From: Chiloscyllium plagiosum | Lineage: Eukaryota | Length of the DNA: 40,776 bases | Assembly: GCF_004010195.1 (NCBI RefSeq) | Contig: NC_057723.1 | Span: 79,699,243 to 79,740,018, forward strand | Direction of reading: 5' to 3' | Shown here: piece by piece, positions 12,003 to 26,212 of the stretch | Numbering within the stretch: position 1 is the stretch's first letter | Layout: the number at the start of each line of letters is the position of its first letter | The notes under the pieces: generated by a model | Seen by the model: the letters and a program-made list of their open reading frames with translations, nothing else | What the model was told of the DNA's origin: nothing | Databases searched by the model: none | Made by a program: the position numbers and the translations under genes

Positions 12003-13810
12003 TACTTACAATTCAGAAGGAGACCATTCAATTATCCTGTCTGTGCCGGTCAACAAACATCTGACTGCAATAATCTTACTTTCCACCTCCTGACCCTTAG
12101 CCCTGGATGCAATGGCAATGCAAGTGAATAAATACTGCTAAAAATGTTACAAGATATTATGACTGAATCACCTTTCAGGCAGTGTACTCCAGAAATGGGT
12201 TTAAAAAAAGTTCTCCACTTTGTCTTATCGTCAGCCTTGAACCTTAAATCTATAACCCTGGCAAATGAACCTTCTACTAATGGAAAAAGTACCTTTCTAT
12301 CATCCTATCTGTGCCTTTTGTGGTTTTCTACATCTTTATCAGGTAATTTCTCAACCTTTATTGCTCCAAGGATATCAACCTCAGCCTACCAAGTTTCCTC
12401 CTTGCTTAGACCCTTCAGCCCAAGCAGTATCCTGCTAAATCTCTGCACTGTTCATATTGCAGTCACATCCTTCCTATAATCTGTTTACTAGAACTGTACA
12501 TGCTGTTTCAATTGTAGTCTAACTTGCATTCTATACAGATCCAGCGTAGCATCCTTGCTTTGTATTATGACAAAGTGAGGATTGCAGATGCTGGAGATCA
12601 GAGCTGAAAAGTGTGGTGCCAGAAAAGCACAACTGGTTAAGCAGCATGCAAGGAGCAGGAGCGTCAACGTTTCAATGTAAGCTCTTCATCAGGAATGACG
12701 AAGAATTCATGCTCAAAACATCATCTCTCCTGCCCCTCAGATGCTGTGCTGTTTCAGCACCACACTTTTTGCTTTGTATTATGCCTTGGCTCATAAAGGC
12801 AAGTATCCTAAATGCTACCTTAACCATCTTTAACCACCTGTCCAGGTACCTTCGAGGATCAGTGGATATGTGCAGAACGGCCCCTGTAATCCTCCAGTAC
12901 TTTCCAGGGTCTTTTCATTCATAGTACAATCCCTTTCCTTGGTATACCCTCCCTATCTGCATGATCTTAGTTTTCTGGGTTGAATTCTTTTGCCACTTCT
13001 CTGACCAGGTAATTGATTTCCTCACTGTTTACCACCTTACCATTACTCATGTCATCCACAAACATCTGGATTGTTACCTGCTATGTGTAAAGTTGAATTT
13101 GTCACTAGACCACAAACAGCAAAGTAATCGGGACTAAGCCGTGAAGAATCCACACTGCAAGCAGGTTTCTAGTCTCAAACATCTGTCTACCATCATCCTC
13201 TCCTTCCTGTCTCCCTGCCAGATTTAGAACCGACATAGGTTTTTGTTTCGAATCCCTTGAACTCTCACTTTATTGACCAATCTGCCATGAGGGACCTTTA
13301 TCAAATGACTTGCTTAAGTCCATGTAAGCCACATCAAATGCATTATCCTTATCAATATTCCTGGTTACCACCTCAATAGAATTGATTAAACTTGTCAGGC
13401 ACTGCCTTCACTTAATAAATCCATGCTGCCTATCCCTAATAAAACCACGTTTCTCCAAGCTCAGTATGTTCTGCACTTTAAACATCTTTCTGATGGAATC
13501 CCTACAATGAAGCAAGTTATGATTCACCATTGAGGTTAGATTGACTGCCTTGTAACGTTTTGGTCCATCCCTCACTTTTTCAGTAATGTGTCGACATAAT
13601 CTTCTAGCCTGTGGCACATTAGCATGTGAAAGTTACTGTCCGGGCCATTGATATTTCATGCCTTACTTCCTTCAACTGTATGAAATACACTTTCTCCAGG
13701 CGTGTAGCTTTATCTACATTTAAGGCTTTTAAACCTGAGGTTATATTCTTCTGATATTTCACACTCCTTCACCTTGATGTCTACACCTGTGTCGTCCTTT
13801 TCCATTGTGA
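12003..13810 (-). mobile_element. Old, decayed CR1-type LINE fragments
   Basis: Remnant motifs (Y.AVNLTS, GFIRDRQHGF) on the minus strand with many stops; interrupted by a Penelope stub. Confidence 0.65.
12570..12768. mobile_element. Fold-back Penelope stub (family B) with perfect 15-bp TSD
   Basis: TTGCTTTGTATTATG at 12555-12569 and 12769-12783. Arms AAAAGTGTGGTGC / GCACCACACTTTT. Confidence 0.8.
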
Positions 13811-14425
13811 AAACTTAATGTGCCATACTCTTTTCCCAACATTAGTTTCTTGCTGTTTATGGGTTTTCCCTTAATCTTCATGCAGGCACTTTCTGAATAC
13901 TTTTTTTTCTTTCCTACTTTCCTTTTTGAGTTCATTTGCCTTTTTGTGCTTTTCCCAACTCTGCAGGATTGAGTTCTCAGTATCTCCCAAAAGCTTTTTT
14001 TAAATTGTCATCCTAATTTTTCTGACCCTTGTCATCCAGGGTTCTCCAGGTCTTGGACTCATTTCCTTTTATAGGAACATAGCTGCCCTGAACTCTGGCT
14101 TATGACACAGGTTTTTATCTGTAAGTAACTGCTCACAGCGCATTTGGACCAACATGCGTTGGAAGTGTACCCTTTAATGAGCTGTTAAATCCAGGCCATG
14201 GCTCCTTCATGCAGATGTGTGTAAAATATCTCATGGTGCTATTTTTACATGAGTGTTTCTGTTGATCTAGCTAATATTTATCTTGCAATCAGTATCATTA
14301 AAGTTCCTTTATTGCTTTTGCCAGGCACTTGCAATGAGAAAATTGCTTGCTGCATTTCCCTTCAGTAAAGTTGCAGCTGTATTTTAAGTGCTTTATTGGG
14401 ATGGTTTTGGATATGAAAACTCAGT

Positions 14426-15740
14426 CAGAGTCCTACAGCACGGAGGAAGGCTCTTTGGCCCAAACTGGTCCATGCTGATCAAAATGTCTGTCCACACTAA
14501 CCCCATTTCCCTGCATTTGGCCTATATCCTTATGCTTTCCTATCCATGTATTTGTCCAAATGCCTTTTAAATGTTGTTAATGTACCCACCTTAACCACTT
14601 CTGCTGGCAGCTCATTCCATATCTGTACCCACCCTGTGATTAAAAAAAAAAGTTGCCCCTCCGGTTCCCTTTTATTCTTTCTCCTCTAATCTTAAACTGA
14701 TGCTCTCTAGTCCTCAATTCCCCAATCCTGGGAAAAAGGTTTGCATTCACCCTATCCATGCCTCTCATGATTTTATATGCCTCTATAAAGTCCTTCTCTC
14801 TCCCCACCCCACCTCACTCAGTGTCCAAGCTCTAAAGTGAAAACTCCTAGCTTGTCCAACCTTTCCCTATAACTCGACCATTGAGTCCGGCAATTTCCTT
14901 GGAAATTTCTTCAGCATTCTTTCCAGGTGACCAAAGCTAAACACAATACTTAACTGCGGCATCAACAACATCTTGTATAACTGCAACATAACTTCGATAC
15001 TCAATGCCCTGACGACTGAAGGCCAGTGTGCCAAAAGCTGCCTTCACTGGCCTGTCTTTGACTCCACTTTCAGAGAACTGTGCACCTGAACTCCAAGGTC
15101 CCTCTGTTCCATTACTTAAAGCCCTCCCATTCACCATGAAACGCCTACCTTGATTTGACTGTCCAAAATGCAAGACTTCACACACCCATATTGAACTCCA
15201 TTTGCCATTTCACGGCTCACTTCCCCAGCTGATCAAGGTCCTGCTGCAATTTCTAATAGCTCTTTACTGTCCATGATACCACATATGTTAGTGTCATCGG
15301 AAAGCTTACGAATCATGCCGTGCATATTCTCATCCAAATCATCAGTATTAGATGGGCACAGTGCATTGGCCCAAATGGACTGGTGAGCAGCTACTTGCAA
15401 ATAACAGTAATGGGTCTAGCACCAACCCCTGAGGCACTCCACTAGTCACAGGCCTCCAGTCCGACAAGCATCCCTCCACTATTAGCATCTGCTTCCTTCC
15501 ATCAAGCCAATTTTGTATCCAGTTTGCCAGCTCATCCCGGGTTCCATGCAATCTAACCTTGCAGAACAGCCTACCATCTAGAACCTTATCAAAGGCCATA
15601 CTGAAATCCACGTAGACTATGTCTACAGCCCTGTCCTCCTCAACCATCTTGATCACTTCAAAAAACAAATTTGAGGTGTGATCTCCCACTATCAAACCAT
15701 GCAGCCTACTACTAATCAAATACTGTCTTTCCAAATGGGA
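14426..15740 (-). mobile_element. CR1 LINE, 5'-truncated (RT C-terminal half and 3' tail)
   Basis: VDIVYVDFSMAFDKV...WIQNWL...VTSGVPQGLVL; CEVLHFG. Confidence 0.9.
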
Positions 15741-17082
15741 TACTTTGAAAATACGAAGCATGATATAAATGCAGGTTCTTCCACTGTCAACTATCAACCA
15801 ATTCAGCCCTGATAGATGTCCTATTCCATTCATTCCCTGCTTTAAATATTGCATCTTAAGGACATGACATCTCATAAGTTACTGTTCATCCAGTACTATC
15901 TATCCTTTCAATACCTATACACTTCTTTCAAAATTTCCTTTGACCATCTTCTATTCATACAAGCGCCTCCATTGATCTTTCTAAAAAAACAGGAATGTAT
16001 CGACTGCCTATTGCTAAGTTACTGTTTTCAGATGCATTTACCACTAGGTTTCCATCTAAAACTAAAAATTAATTAGTCATTTATCAGATACTGAATCTTG
16101 AAAACTGAATATTTTAAAACCCTCTGTTTCACTTGCTTTCTAATAACCAAGTTTGGAGGAGTGTACTGGCTTTCTAGTTCTTCTACTCCATTGACCACAA
16201 CATGAACTTAAAATGCTTTGTGCAGTTACCAATATAACTGGGTATAAGCCACACAATCGATGATTTATTGTGAAAACAGGACTTATTTGACAAAGATGTA
16301 AAGAAAATTAAGACAGTTCAAAATGGGAAGTGTACTTACCATCCAAAATAACTCTTCGGAAATTAAATTTGACTATCGCATTTTGCCCAAATAATGGTTA
16401 TTTCTTGGCGGATAACAGAATATAATATGGAAAAGCCTTTACTTGATGTCGTGGCACATAAACTGAGTGTTACTGTAGCTTGTCCACAATTCATTAAGAA
16501 TTCAGAGGTTTTTCAGTAGTACATCCTCACCATTTTTTCTGGTCTCAAACTGGGTTCTTTGAAAAGGTTTCCTAAAGTTAAAGATGAACTGAGGAGCTGA
16601 ACTGGCTTTAGCCCTGTCGGACCTGCAGACAATAGCTAAAATAAAGCCATAAACCCATGCGTGGTATTTACGGTAAATGCAGCCACACAATAAATGATGC
16701 CACGTGAATTTACAAAAAGTGTCTTTAGCAAGAGAAGTCCCAATGTCCTTTTAGTGACCCCTTTGAGAAAAAGATGGCTCTTCTGTGTTCTAAAGGGTCC
16801 ATTGTTTACAATCTTTTAAGCACAAATCCTCAAAAACATCAATATCAAAAAATCTTCATCAGTCATTTGTTATTCAGCTTTGTTAATTCTCCATTAGCAG
16901 GTGCTTCAGATTGCAGACGGCAAAGCACATACAATCCCCCAGTCCCTCATCATTTGTTTCACAAATCTCTCACTAGCATCAATTAAAGTTGTCACAGTTG
17001 AAAAAAGGGCATTCAGTCCATCATGTCTGTGGTAACTTCAAGTGAACCCTGTGTCATTCTGCCTTTGCCCTGTAACTCTGCA

Positions 17083-17670
17083 CATTGAATTGAATTTATT
17101 GTCACATGTACCGAGGCACAATGAAAAGCTTTGTCTTGTGAGCAACACAGGCAGTTCACAAGAGTTAAATAGCAAAAATAAGTAAATATTAGGTAAACAG
17201 TGACAAAACAAAAACACAGGTACAGGTGAATGTTAAGAGTTTGAGAATCCATTCAGTATTCTAACAACAGTAGGGTAGAAACTGTTTTGAAACCAGCTCG
17301 TGCATGTGTCCAGGCTTCTGTACCTTCTCTCCGATGGTAGAGGTTGTAGAAAAACATTGCCAGGGTGGGATGGATCTTTGAGAATGCTGGCGGCCTTTCC
17401 TTGTCAGTGGGCCTGATTGATGGAGTCTATAGATGGGAGGTTGTCCTTTGTGATTGTCTGGGCCAAGTTCACCACTCTGTGTAACTGTGTCTGATCTTGA
17501 ATGGTACAGTTGCCATACCAGGTAGTGATACATCCAGACAGAATGCTCTCCATGGTGCATCTATAAAGGTTGGCAAGGGTATTTGTTGTCATGTCAAATT
17601 TCCTCAGCTGCCTGAGGAAGAAAAGGAGTTACTGGGCCTTTCTAACCAGTGCATCCACATGAAGAGTCCA
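17083..17670 (-). mobile_element. Rex1/Babar-type LINE 3' fragment
   Basis: LYRCTMESILSGCITTWYGNC...LHRVVNLAQTI; tail AATAAATTCAATTCAAT. Confidence 0.8.
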
Positions 17671-17767
17671 TTATTTAAATTCAGGTAATAGTCAATTGAT
17701 CTCCTGCATACCTCAATTGAACTTCCATTCAGACACCCAGCAGTGCATTATAGACACACCCACCCAT

Positions 17768-19322
17768 TTAGAGTCATAGAGATGACCAGCATGGAAACAG
17801 ACCCTTCAGTCCAACTCATCCATGCCGACCAGTTATCCCAACCTGATCTAGTCCCACCTGCCAGCACCCGGCTTGTATCACTCCAAACCCTTTCTATTCA
17901 TATACCCATCCAAATGCCTCTAAAATGTTGCAATTGTCCCAGACTCCACCACTTCCTCTGGCAGCTCATTCCATACGTGTACCACCCTCTGTGTGAAAAA
18001 GTTGCCCCTTAGGTCCCTTTTATATCTTTCGTCTCATCCTAAACCAATGCCCTCTAGTTCTGGACTCACCCAACCCAGGAAAAAGACTTTGTCTATTTAT
18101 CCTATCCATGCCCGTCAGCCTCCAACTCTCCAGGGAAAACAACCTCAGCCTGTTCAGCCTCTCCCTGGAGCTCAAATCCTCCAACCCTGGCAACATCCTT
18201 GTAAATGTTTTCTGAACTCTGTCAAGTTTCACAACATCTTTCCGATAGGAAGGAGACCAAAATTGCATGCAATATACCAACAGTGGCCTATACAATGTCC
18301 TATACAGCCACAATATGACCTCCCAACTCCTGTACTCAATACTTAGGATAGTGAAGAAGGCTTTCCAATCTACCTGTGACTCCACTTTCAAGGAGCTATG
18401 AACCTATATTCCAAGGTCTCTTTGTTCAGCAATGCCCCCTGGGACCTTACCATTAAGTGTATAAGTCCTGCTAAGATTTGCTTTCCCAAAATGCAGCACC
18501 TCTCATTTATCAGAATTAAATTCCAACTGCCACTTCTCAGCCCATTGGCCCATCTGATCCAGATCCTGTTGTAATTTGAGGTAACCCTTTTCGCTGTCCA
18601 CTACACCTCCAATTTTGGTGTCATCTGCAAACTTATTAACCCTACCTCTTAAGCTCACATCCAAATCATTTATATAAATGACAAAAAATAGAGTACCCAG
18701 CATCGATCCTTGTGGCACTCCACTGGTCACAGGCCTCCAGTCTGAAAACAACCGTCCACCACTACCCTCTGTCTTCTACCTTTGAGCCAGTTCTGTATCC
18801 AAATGGCTAGTTCTCCCTGTATTCCGTGAGACCTAACCAGTCTCCCATGGGGAACCTTGTCAAACGCCTTACTGAAGTCCATATAGATCACATCTACGCT
18901 CTGCCCTCATCAATCTTTGTTACTTCTTCAAAAAACTCAATCAAGTTTGTGAGACATGATTTCCCACGCACAAAGCCATGTTGACTATCCCTAATCAGTC
19001 CTTGCCTTTGCAAATACATGTACATCCTGTCCCTCAGGATTCCCTCCAACAACTTGCCCACCACCGACATCAGGCTCACTGGTCTATAATTCCCTGACTT
19101 GTCTTTACCACCCTTCTTAAACAGTGGGACCACGTTAGCCAACCTCCAATCTTCTGGCACCTCACCTGTGACTATCGATGGCACAAATACCTCAGCAGGA
19201 GGCCCAGCAATCACTACCCTAGCTTCCCAAAGAGTTCTCGGGTACACCTGATCAGGTCTTGGGGATTTATCTACCTTTATGCATTTCAAGACATTCAGCA
19301 CTTCCTCCTCTGTAATGTGGAC
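17768..19322 (-). mobile_element. CR1 (HER1-like) LINE, 5'-truncated
   Basis: KSPRPD..YPR; VPEDWRLANVVPLFKKG; NYRPVSL; QHGF; GVPQGSMLG; FADDTK; LDRVQKTFTRM. Confidence 0.92.
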
Positions 19323-19522
19323 AGCAAATTACTGTTAACTCTCTGTATGACAGCTAAGATGAACAAAATCATTTGTCTACGCTGGAGTCTTCATTCAATG
19401 CTGCTTGTTCAAAACTCAGTGTGCCATCTCCAGTTTAAATGTCCAATCACTGTTAGCTAATGAGTGTGTTGCTATCCACAAGGCTTTGCTATTTCAAGAT
19501 TAACACTATAGATGGTAGCCAT

Positions 19523-19712
19523 AATGTGGAGGTGCCAGTGTTGGACTGGGATGGCTATGGTCAGAATCACATGACACCAGATTATAGTCTAACAGGTTTA
19601 TTTGAAATGACAAGCTTTCGGAGTGCTTGTTAGCTGATGAAGGGGCAACACTCCAAAAACTTGTGATTTTAAATAAACCTGTTGGGCTATAACCTGGTGT
19701 CATGTGATTTCT
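19523..19712. mobile_element. Fold-back mini-element family C
   Basis: Same arms as 2941-3162 (ACACCAG.TTATAG...CTATAACCTGGTGT). Confidence 0.75.
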
Positions 19713-20144
19713 ATAGGTGATGACACTGAAGTACAGATGATGCTTTCAATCCAGCACTTGGTGATGATGCTCAAGTCATCATGTAAGACATTAATTAAAG
19801 ATGTGTTTAATTGTGTTCTAATTGTGATCCCATTTGGAGTCGCCCATAATCTTGTGAATTGGTACATGTGTTTTCATTCAGTTACAATGTTTTCAAAATC
19901 AAGATTTCATTTTTTCAAACAATTCAGATACGAAAAATATTGCAATATTATAGGACTGCAATTTTACAGATTAAGTTGCAAAAGACAGGATATCAAAAAG
20001 AACCCTCTTTGGTTAAATGGTAAGGGGCAAAGATTTAGCACAACAACAAATAGGTGTTTAAATTAATTTTGAAGTTGGGTAGTTATTAAAAGCAGAGCTA
20101 TTTGCCTTCCTAAAATTGACAAATATAGGTATTACAAAATTAGA

Positions 20145-20460
20145 AGGTGATGGCCAAGTGGTATCGCTGCACTATTAATCCAGAGATCCAGGTAATGTTC
20201 TGGGGACCCACATTTGAATCCCACCACAGCAGATGGGGGAGATTGAAATCAATAAAAATCTGGAATTAAGATTATTGTGATGATCATTATCCATTGTCCC
20301 AAAAAACACCCCATCCAGTTCACTAATTTCCTTTAACAAAGGAACCTCCCCAAGTGGTCTGGACTCCATGTGACTATGGCAGTGTGGTTCACTCTTAACT
20401 GCTCTTAGGGATGAGCAATAAATGCTAGCCTAGCCAGTGATGCCCTTACCCTGTTAATAA
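20145..20460 (+). mobile_element. Second tRNA-derived SINE family with L2-like tail
   Basis: GGTGATGGCCAAGTGGT...TTTGAATCCC head; tail GCAATAAATGCTAGCCTAGCCAGTGATGCCC, which has a decayed echo at ~24900-24955. Confidence 0.6.
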
Positions 20461-21151
20461 ATTTTTAAAATTCCCGTTTAATGATAAATTAGGATTGAAG
20501 TAAATTCTCATGTTTTGGCCTCAACTATTGGTCTTGTTCTAATGCAGGGTTGGTTACTGTTTTACTCATAGATCCACTTTGAGTTTAATGATCTCATCTT
20601 GTTTATACTTTATTCTGTTTAGTTGAAATCCTCCTTCATAGAACAGCTCTGGGTGTGTAACTGGCCTATGATGGTGTTTATGATTCAGACAAGTGTTCTC
20701 ATTTCATTTAACCCCATCAACATATTCTTTATCTGCTGCCTTCATGTGTTTTATCTACTTTCACCCTCAAATGTGTCTATGGTGTTTCATTCAGCTATTC
20801 TGTAGGAGTGAGTTCTATGTTCTAACCACTCATTGGATACATGAATGAATACCTCATGTTTATGATGCCTGCCTTTGGTTTCCTCCAAAATCACGACACA
20901 TCGTTGTATCTCAGGCAAAAGCCCTTCATCTGGGTTCCAGCACCACTCTAATCTCCAGCATCTGCAGTACTCACTTTGCATCTATCATTTAAAATCTTAA
21001 AGATCTCTCTTTGGTCCAACCTTAATTGAGGGAAATATTTACTGACTGTTACAACTTCAGTTCTTGTGTAGAATTATTTTCTATTACCTGTGATGGCAGA
21101 GTGTTTCATTTTTGTAAATACGCTTTCAGGCACCCTTACCGATTACAAGTT

Positions 21152-23600
21152 TCATAGAACATTACAGCATAGTACAAACCATTTGGCCCTCAATGTTGCG
21201 CCAACCTGTGGAATCACTCTGAAGCCTAGCTGTCCTATGCTATTCCATTTTCATCCATATGTTTATCCAATGACCATTTAACTGCTTTTAAAGTTGGTAA
21301 GTCTGCCACAGTTGCAGGCAGTGCGTTCCACGCCCCATTACTCTGAGTAAATAAACTACCTTTGACATCTGTCCTATATTTATCACTTCTCAATTAAAAG
21401 CTATGTCCCCTCGTGCTAGCTGTCACCATCCAAGGAAAAAGGCTCTCACTGTCCACCCTATCATATATGTCTCAATTAAAACACTTCTTAACCACCTTCT
21501 CTCCAACGAAAACAGTCTCAAGTCCCTCAGCCTTTCCTCATAAGACCTTTCCTCCTAGACAACACCCTAGTAAGTCTCCTCTGAACCCTTTCCGAAGCTT
21601 CCACATCGTTCCTATAATGCGGTGATCAGAACTGTACACAATACTCCAAGTGCCGCCACGCCAGAGTTTTGTACAGCTGCAGCATAACCTCATTGTTCCA
21701 AAACTCAATCTCTCCACCAATAAAAGCTAACCTGTCATATGCCTCATTAATAACCGTATCAACCTGGGTGGCAACTTTCAGGGATCTGTGTACACCGATA
21801 CTGGGATCTCTCTGCTTATCTACACTACCAAGAACCTTACCATTAGCCCAGTACTCTGCATTCCTGTTACTCCTTTGAAAGTGAATTACCTCACGCTTTT
21901 CCACATTAAACTCCATCTGCCACCTCTCATCCCAGCTCTGCAGCTTATCTATGTCCCTCTGTAACCCTGCAACATCTTCAGCACTATCCACAACTCTACT
22001 GACCTTAGTGTCATCCACAAATTTACTAACCCATCCTCCTATGCCCTCATCCAGTTCATTTATAAAAATGACAAACAGCGGTGGCCCCAATACAGATCCT
22101 TGCAGTACACCACTCGTAACTGAAAACCAGGATGAACGTTTCCCATCAGCCACCACCCTCTGTCTTCTTTCAGCTAACCAACTCTGATCTGAACTGCTAA
22201 ATCACCCTCAATCCCATGCCTCTATATTTTGTGCAATAGCCTAACTTGGGGAACCTTATCAAATGCCTTACTGAAATCAATATACACCACATCATCTGCT
22301 TTACCCTCATCCACCTGCTTGGTCACCATCTCAAAGAACTCAATAAGGTTTATGAGGCACAACCTACCCTTCACAAAACTGTGTTGACTATCCCTAATCA
22401 ACTTATTCCTCTCTAGATGATTACAAGTCCTATCTCTTATTACCCTTTCCAATACTTTACCCACAACCAAAGTAAGGCTCACTGGTCTATAATTACCAGG
22501 GTCGTCTCTACTCCCCTCCTTGAACAAGGGGACATTTACTATCCTCCAATCTTCTGGCACTATTCCTGTAGACAATGACAGCATGAGGATCAAAGCCAAA
22601 GGCTCTGCAATCTCCTCTCTGGCTTCCCAAACAATCCTGGGATAAATCCCATTTGGCCTGGAGACTTATCTATTTTTATACTTTCCAGAATTGCTAACAC
22701 CACCTCCTTCCCAATGTCAATCCCATCTGGTCTAGTAGCCTGTATCTCAGTATTCTCCTTGACAATATTGTCTTTTTCCAGTGTGAATACCAACGAAAAA
22801 TATTCATTTAGCACTCCCCCGTCTCCTCAGACTCCACACACAACTTTCCACCACTGTCCTTAGTTGGCTCTAATCTTTCTCTCGTCGTTCTTTTATTCCT
22901 GATATTCCTACAGAAAGCTTTAGAGTTTTCCTTGATCCTATCCACCAATGATTTCTCATGTCCCCTCCTGGCTCTTCTGAGCTCTGTCTTTAGGTCTTTC
23001 CTGGCTAACTTGTAAATTTCAAGTGTCTTTACTGAACCTTCATGTCTCATCCTAACTGAAGCCTCCTCCTTTCTCTTGACAAGATTCAACTTCCTTAGTA
23101 AACCACGGCTCCATCGCTCGACCACTTCCTCCCTGTCTGACAGGTACATACTTAACAAGGACATGCAGTAGCTATTCCTTGAATAAGTTCCACATTTCAA
23201 TTGTGCCCATCCCCTGCAGTTTCCTTCCTCATCCTATGCATCCTAAATCTTGCCTAATCACATCATTGCCTTTTTCCCCAGCTATAACTCTTGCCCTGCA
23301 GTATAGACCTATTCCTTTCCATCACTAAAGTAAACATAACCGATCTGTGGTCATGATCACGAAAGTGCTCACCTCCCTCCAAATCTAACACCTGGCCGGG
23401 TTCGTTACCCAGTACCAAATCTAATGTGGCCTCGCCCCCTTGTTGGCCTGTCTACATACTGTGTCAGGAAACCCTCCTGCACACATTGGACAAAAACTGA
23501 CCCATCTCAAGTACTCTAACTCTAGTATTTCCAGTGAATATTTGGAAAGTTAAAGCCCCCATAACAACTAGCCTGTTACACTCGTTCGGATCTAGAATTA
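21152..23600 (-). mobile_element. CR1 LINE, about 2.4 kb, frameshifted ORF2
   Basis: ARRGHEKSLVDRIKENSKAF; LNEYFSLVFT; NYRPVSLT; DFSKAFDKVP; GVLQGSVLGP; FVDDTK; HLEYCVQF. Confidence 0.92.
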
Positions 23601-24143
23601 TCGTTTAACCATTTGTGGATGGTTGTAGGAAGGTTGTGCCTGGACTTTGTGTCTTAATATTTCCCATTGAAACAGGAGAGGCATTGTTCTGTATCGTTGG
23701 GATAAGTGCAAATTCCTAATAGGAATATGCTCGCCAAACTATGGGCTTGAAATGATTAATAGCCAATGCTCAGTGCATCATCCATCTCCAAAGCCATCAC
23801 TCAAATGAACCAACAGCTGGAGAAAGCTAATAGGTAGAGTTGGACCTGTATACTTCAGAGCTCCCTTGGCAAGGATATATTGAAATAATCAAAATTAATT
23901 CAAGGTAAATGTTCATTATTCTTCGTAAAATCTGTACTGTGAACTGAGCAAGCTGTGGGTGTATATATAGTTCCTTAAATGCAAATTCTGCACTTTGACT
24001 GATATCAGGATCTGAATCTCTCCAACAAAGAGAGGCTCTACATAATCATTTACTCCTGATCAGCTCCCAGGCCAAATCATGTTGAAAATCATGTTCTGGG
24101 GTCCTGATGCAGATTTTCTCTTCATGGCTAAAATCACACTCAC

Positions 24144-24222
24144 GCAGCAAGTGTTCTGTTTTGATTTGCCATTCCTTATAGTTTTCTGTAATTCATTGAT
24201 CTCTTTGACTGCTTCTGCACAA
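24144..24222 (-). CDS. Candidate cytoplasmic exon of the IgSF receptor (79 nt)
   Basis: ttccacaacag| acceptor and TGC|gtgagt donor. Open in phase 2 (CAEAVKEINELQKTIRNGKSKQNTCC); gives LCRSSQRDQ* in phase 0 and VVQKQSKRSMNYRKL* in phase 1. Confidence 0.4.
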
Positions 24223-24670
24223 CTGTTGTGGAACAATGCAAAGTGGAACATTAAATGAGAAACAAGGCAGGTACAGTCTGTAATCACAATGAGCTGGGTG
24301 AGCAGAATTCTGCATGGAGGGATGAGACAAGGAATTCATACAGAAAGGTGTACAATTTGCAACTCAGAAGAAATAGGCCATTCACTGATTATATTTTAAT
24401 GTAATGAAGAATGCAAAAATATATCCATGCCTTAAAAATGCATAGTTTTTAAAATGACAGCATTGAATGACATGAGGGGCTAAATGGTCTACTCTTTGTG
24501 TGCACCTTTGTTTCAACATAATAACAATATGCCAAGAAATCAAACATTTTTGTAATTCCCAAATATCTCCAAGGTATAATTCCAGGCAAAGTCTCCATCC
24601 TTTGCTGTTCCCTTGTTGGTTTTGCTGAAATAAAAGAAAGATCTTGAGAAGGTAAACCCACAAAACTAAC

Positions 24671-24698
24671 ATGAAGATCTTCAGGCAGCTGCTCCGCA
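24671..24698 (-). CDS. Candidate cytoplasmic micro-exon (28 nt): (D)AEQLPEDLH
   Basis: T-rich tract ...tttcaaacattaag| and CAT|gttagt; the phase 2 start matches the end of the 25579-25618 exon. Confidence 0.4.
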
Positions 24699-25098
24699 CT
24701 TAATGTTTGAAATAAAAACAAGACAAAATGCTGGCAATGCAAAACAGATCAGCATTCACCAAGTCACTGACCTTCCTGATTTTGGCATATATTAAAATCC
24801 TGGGGCTTCCACTTTAATGGAATTGTCTGCTCACCGACACCAGATGGAAGGCAAGGGTTCAAGAAGGCAGTTCATTACCACCTTTCCAAGGGTAAGGAAG
24901 CAGAGGTAAGAAGTGCTGACCTAGCAGGCAATGCCCACACCGTGTGAATGAATAAGAAGAGAATTGTGACTCCTTATCCTTAAAATTATAAATCTCCTCG
25001 TGGGGTTTAAATAGCAAACTGCAAATTAATTGGTGAAAACTTGATCAGATATTATATCAAGTTGTTTTGAAGTCTGTACAAGAATTGCATCAATGATA

Positions 25099-25430
25099 AT
25101 TTAGATTAGATTCCCTACAGTATGGAAACAGGACCTCCGGCCCAACAACTCCACACTGACCATTCCTTATAGGAGTAATCCACCCAGACCCATTCCCTAA
25201 CCTTTATTTACCCCTGACTAATGCACCTAACACTACAGGCCATTTAGCCTGGCCAATTCACCTGACCTGCACATCTTTGGATTGTGGGAGGAAACTGGAG
25301 CACCCGGAGGAAACCCACGCAATCACAGGGAGAACATACAAACCCCACACAGACAGACAGTCACCCGAGGTGGGAATTGAACCCGGGTCCCTAGCGCTGT
25401 GAGGCAGCAGTGCTAACCACTGAGCCACCC
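25099..25430 (-). mobile_element. HE1-type SINE
   Basis: Same family as 702-1013. Confidence 0.85.
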
Positions 25431-25578
25431 ACTTTCACTGGATATGGAAAAGACTTGATAAAATGTAAATCAGTCTCCAAAACTCAGCAAAATTATGTGA
25501 CGCAGAATCACCTCCCCTGTGCTCAAAGCATATGATTTTTGTACAGATACCTTTAATTAGGTGTTTTCGAATACTGAC

Positions 25579-25618
25579 TCATGTCTGGTGATCGGGCTCA
25601 GCATTTCAATGACGTTTG
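25579..25618 (-). CDS. Candidate first cytoplasmic exon (40 nt): (A)NVIEMLSPITRH(D)
   Basis: ttttcaatttcttgatgcag| acceptor and GA|gtcagt donor; open in phase 1 as required after the TM exon. Confidence 0.5.
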
Positions 25619-25889
25619 CTGCATCAAGAAATTGAAAACATTTGCTTTACATCAAAGTTTCTTTAGTCTCATTTAGTATGTATCGTTCAAAAATGTGTAT
25701 TGATGTCACTGTCTTCTCAATAACACCTGCCCACTATCATAAGGTCAGAAATAGGGGAGGTTTGCCGTTGATTCAACAATGTTCAGCACCATCCATGACT
25801 TCTCAGATACAGAGACAAAAAAAAAGCTGCAGATGCTGCCTGGCTTGCTGTGTTCTCCCAGCTTCCTGCCTATTTTGGATTGCAGCAGC

Positions 25890-26212
25890 AGGAGCCTGGG
25901 AGACCACAGCAAGCCGGGCAGCATCAGGAGGCTGGGGAACACAACAAGCCGGGCAGCATCAGGAGGCTGGGAGACCACAGCAAGCCGGGCAGCATCAGGA
26001 GGCGGGGGGATCACAACAAGCCGGGCAGCATCAGGAGGCGGGGGGAACACAACAAGCCGGGCAGCATCAGGAGGCTGGGAGACCACAGCAAGCCGGGCAG
26101 CATCAGGAGGCGGGGGGAACACAACAAGCCGGGCAGCATCAGGAGGCTGGGGGATCACAACAAGCCGGGCAGCATCAGGAGGCTGGGAGACCACAGCAAG
26201 CCGGGCAGCATC
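25890..26212. repeat. Minisatellite, 9 units of 36 bp (one of 35 bp), inside a Penelope family B stub (~25815-26350)
   Basis: Unit AGGAGGCTGGGAGACCACAGCAAGCCGGGCAGCATC. Unit ends at 25925, 25960, 25996, 26032, 26068, 26104, 26140, 26176 and 26212. Confidence 0.95.

Noticed and set aside
16531-16622. 92-nt minus-strand segment with good splice sites (tgtctgcag| ... ATG|gtgagg)
   Set aside because: No recognisable motif, it stops early in phase 0, and it cannot be linked to the receptor without cDNA.
24382-24742. Minus-strand ORFs of 97 and 105 aa; alternative acceptor tttatttcag| at ~24625
   Set aside because: No recognisable motif and an intron-like composition. It remains a possible terminal exon but is unsupported.
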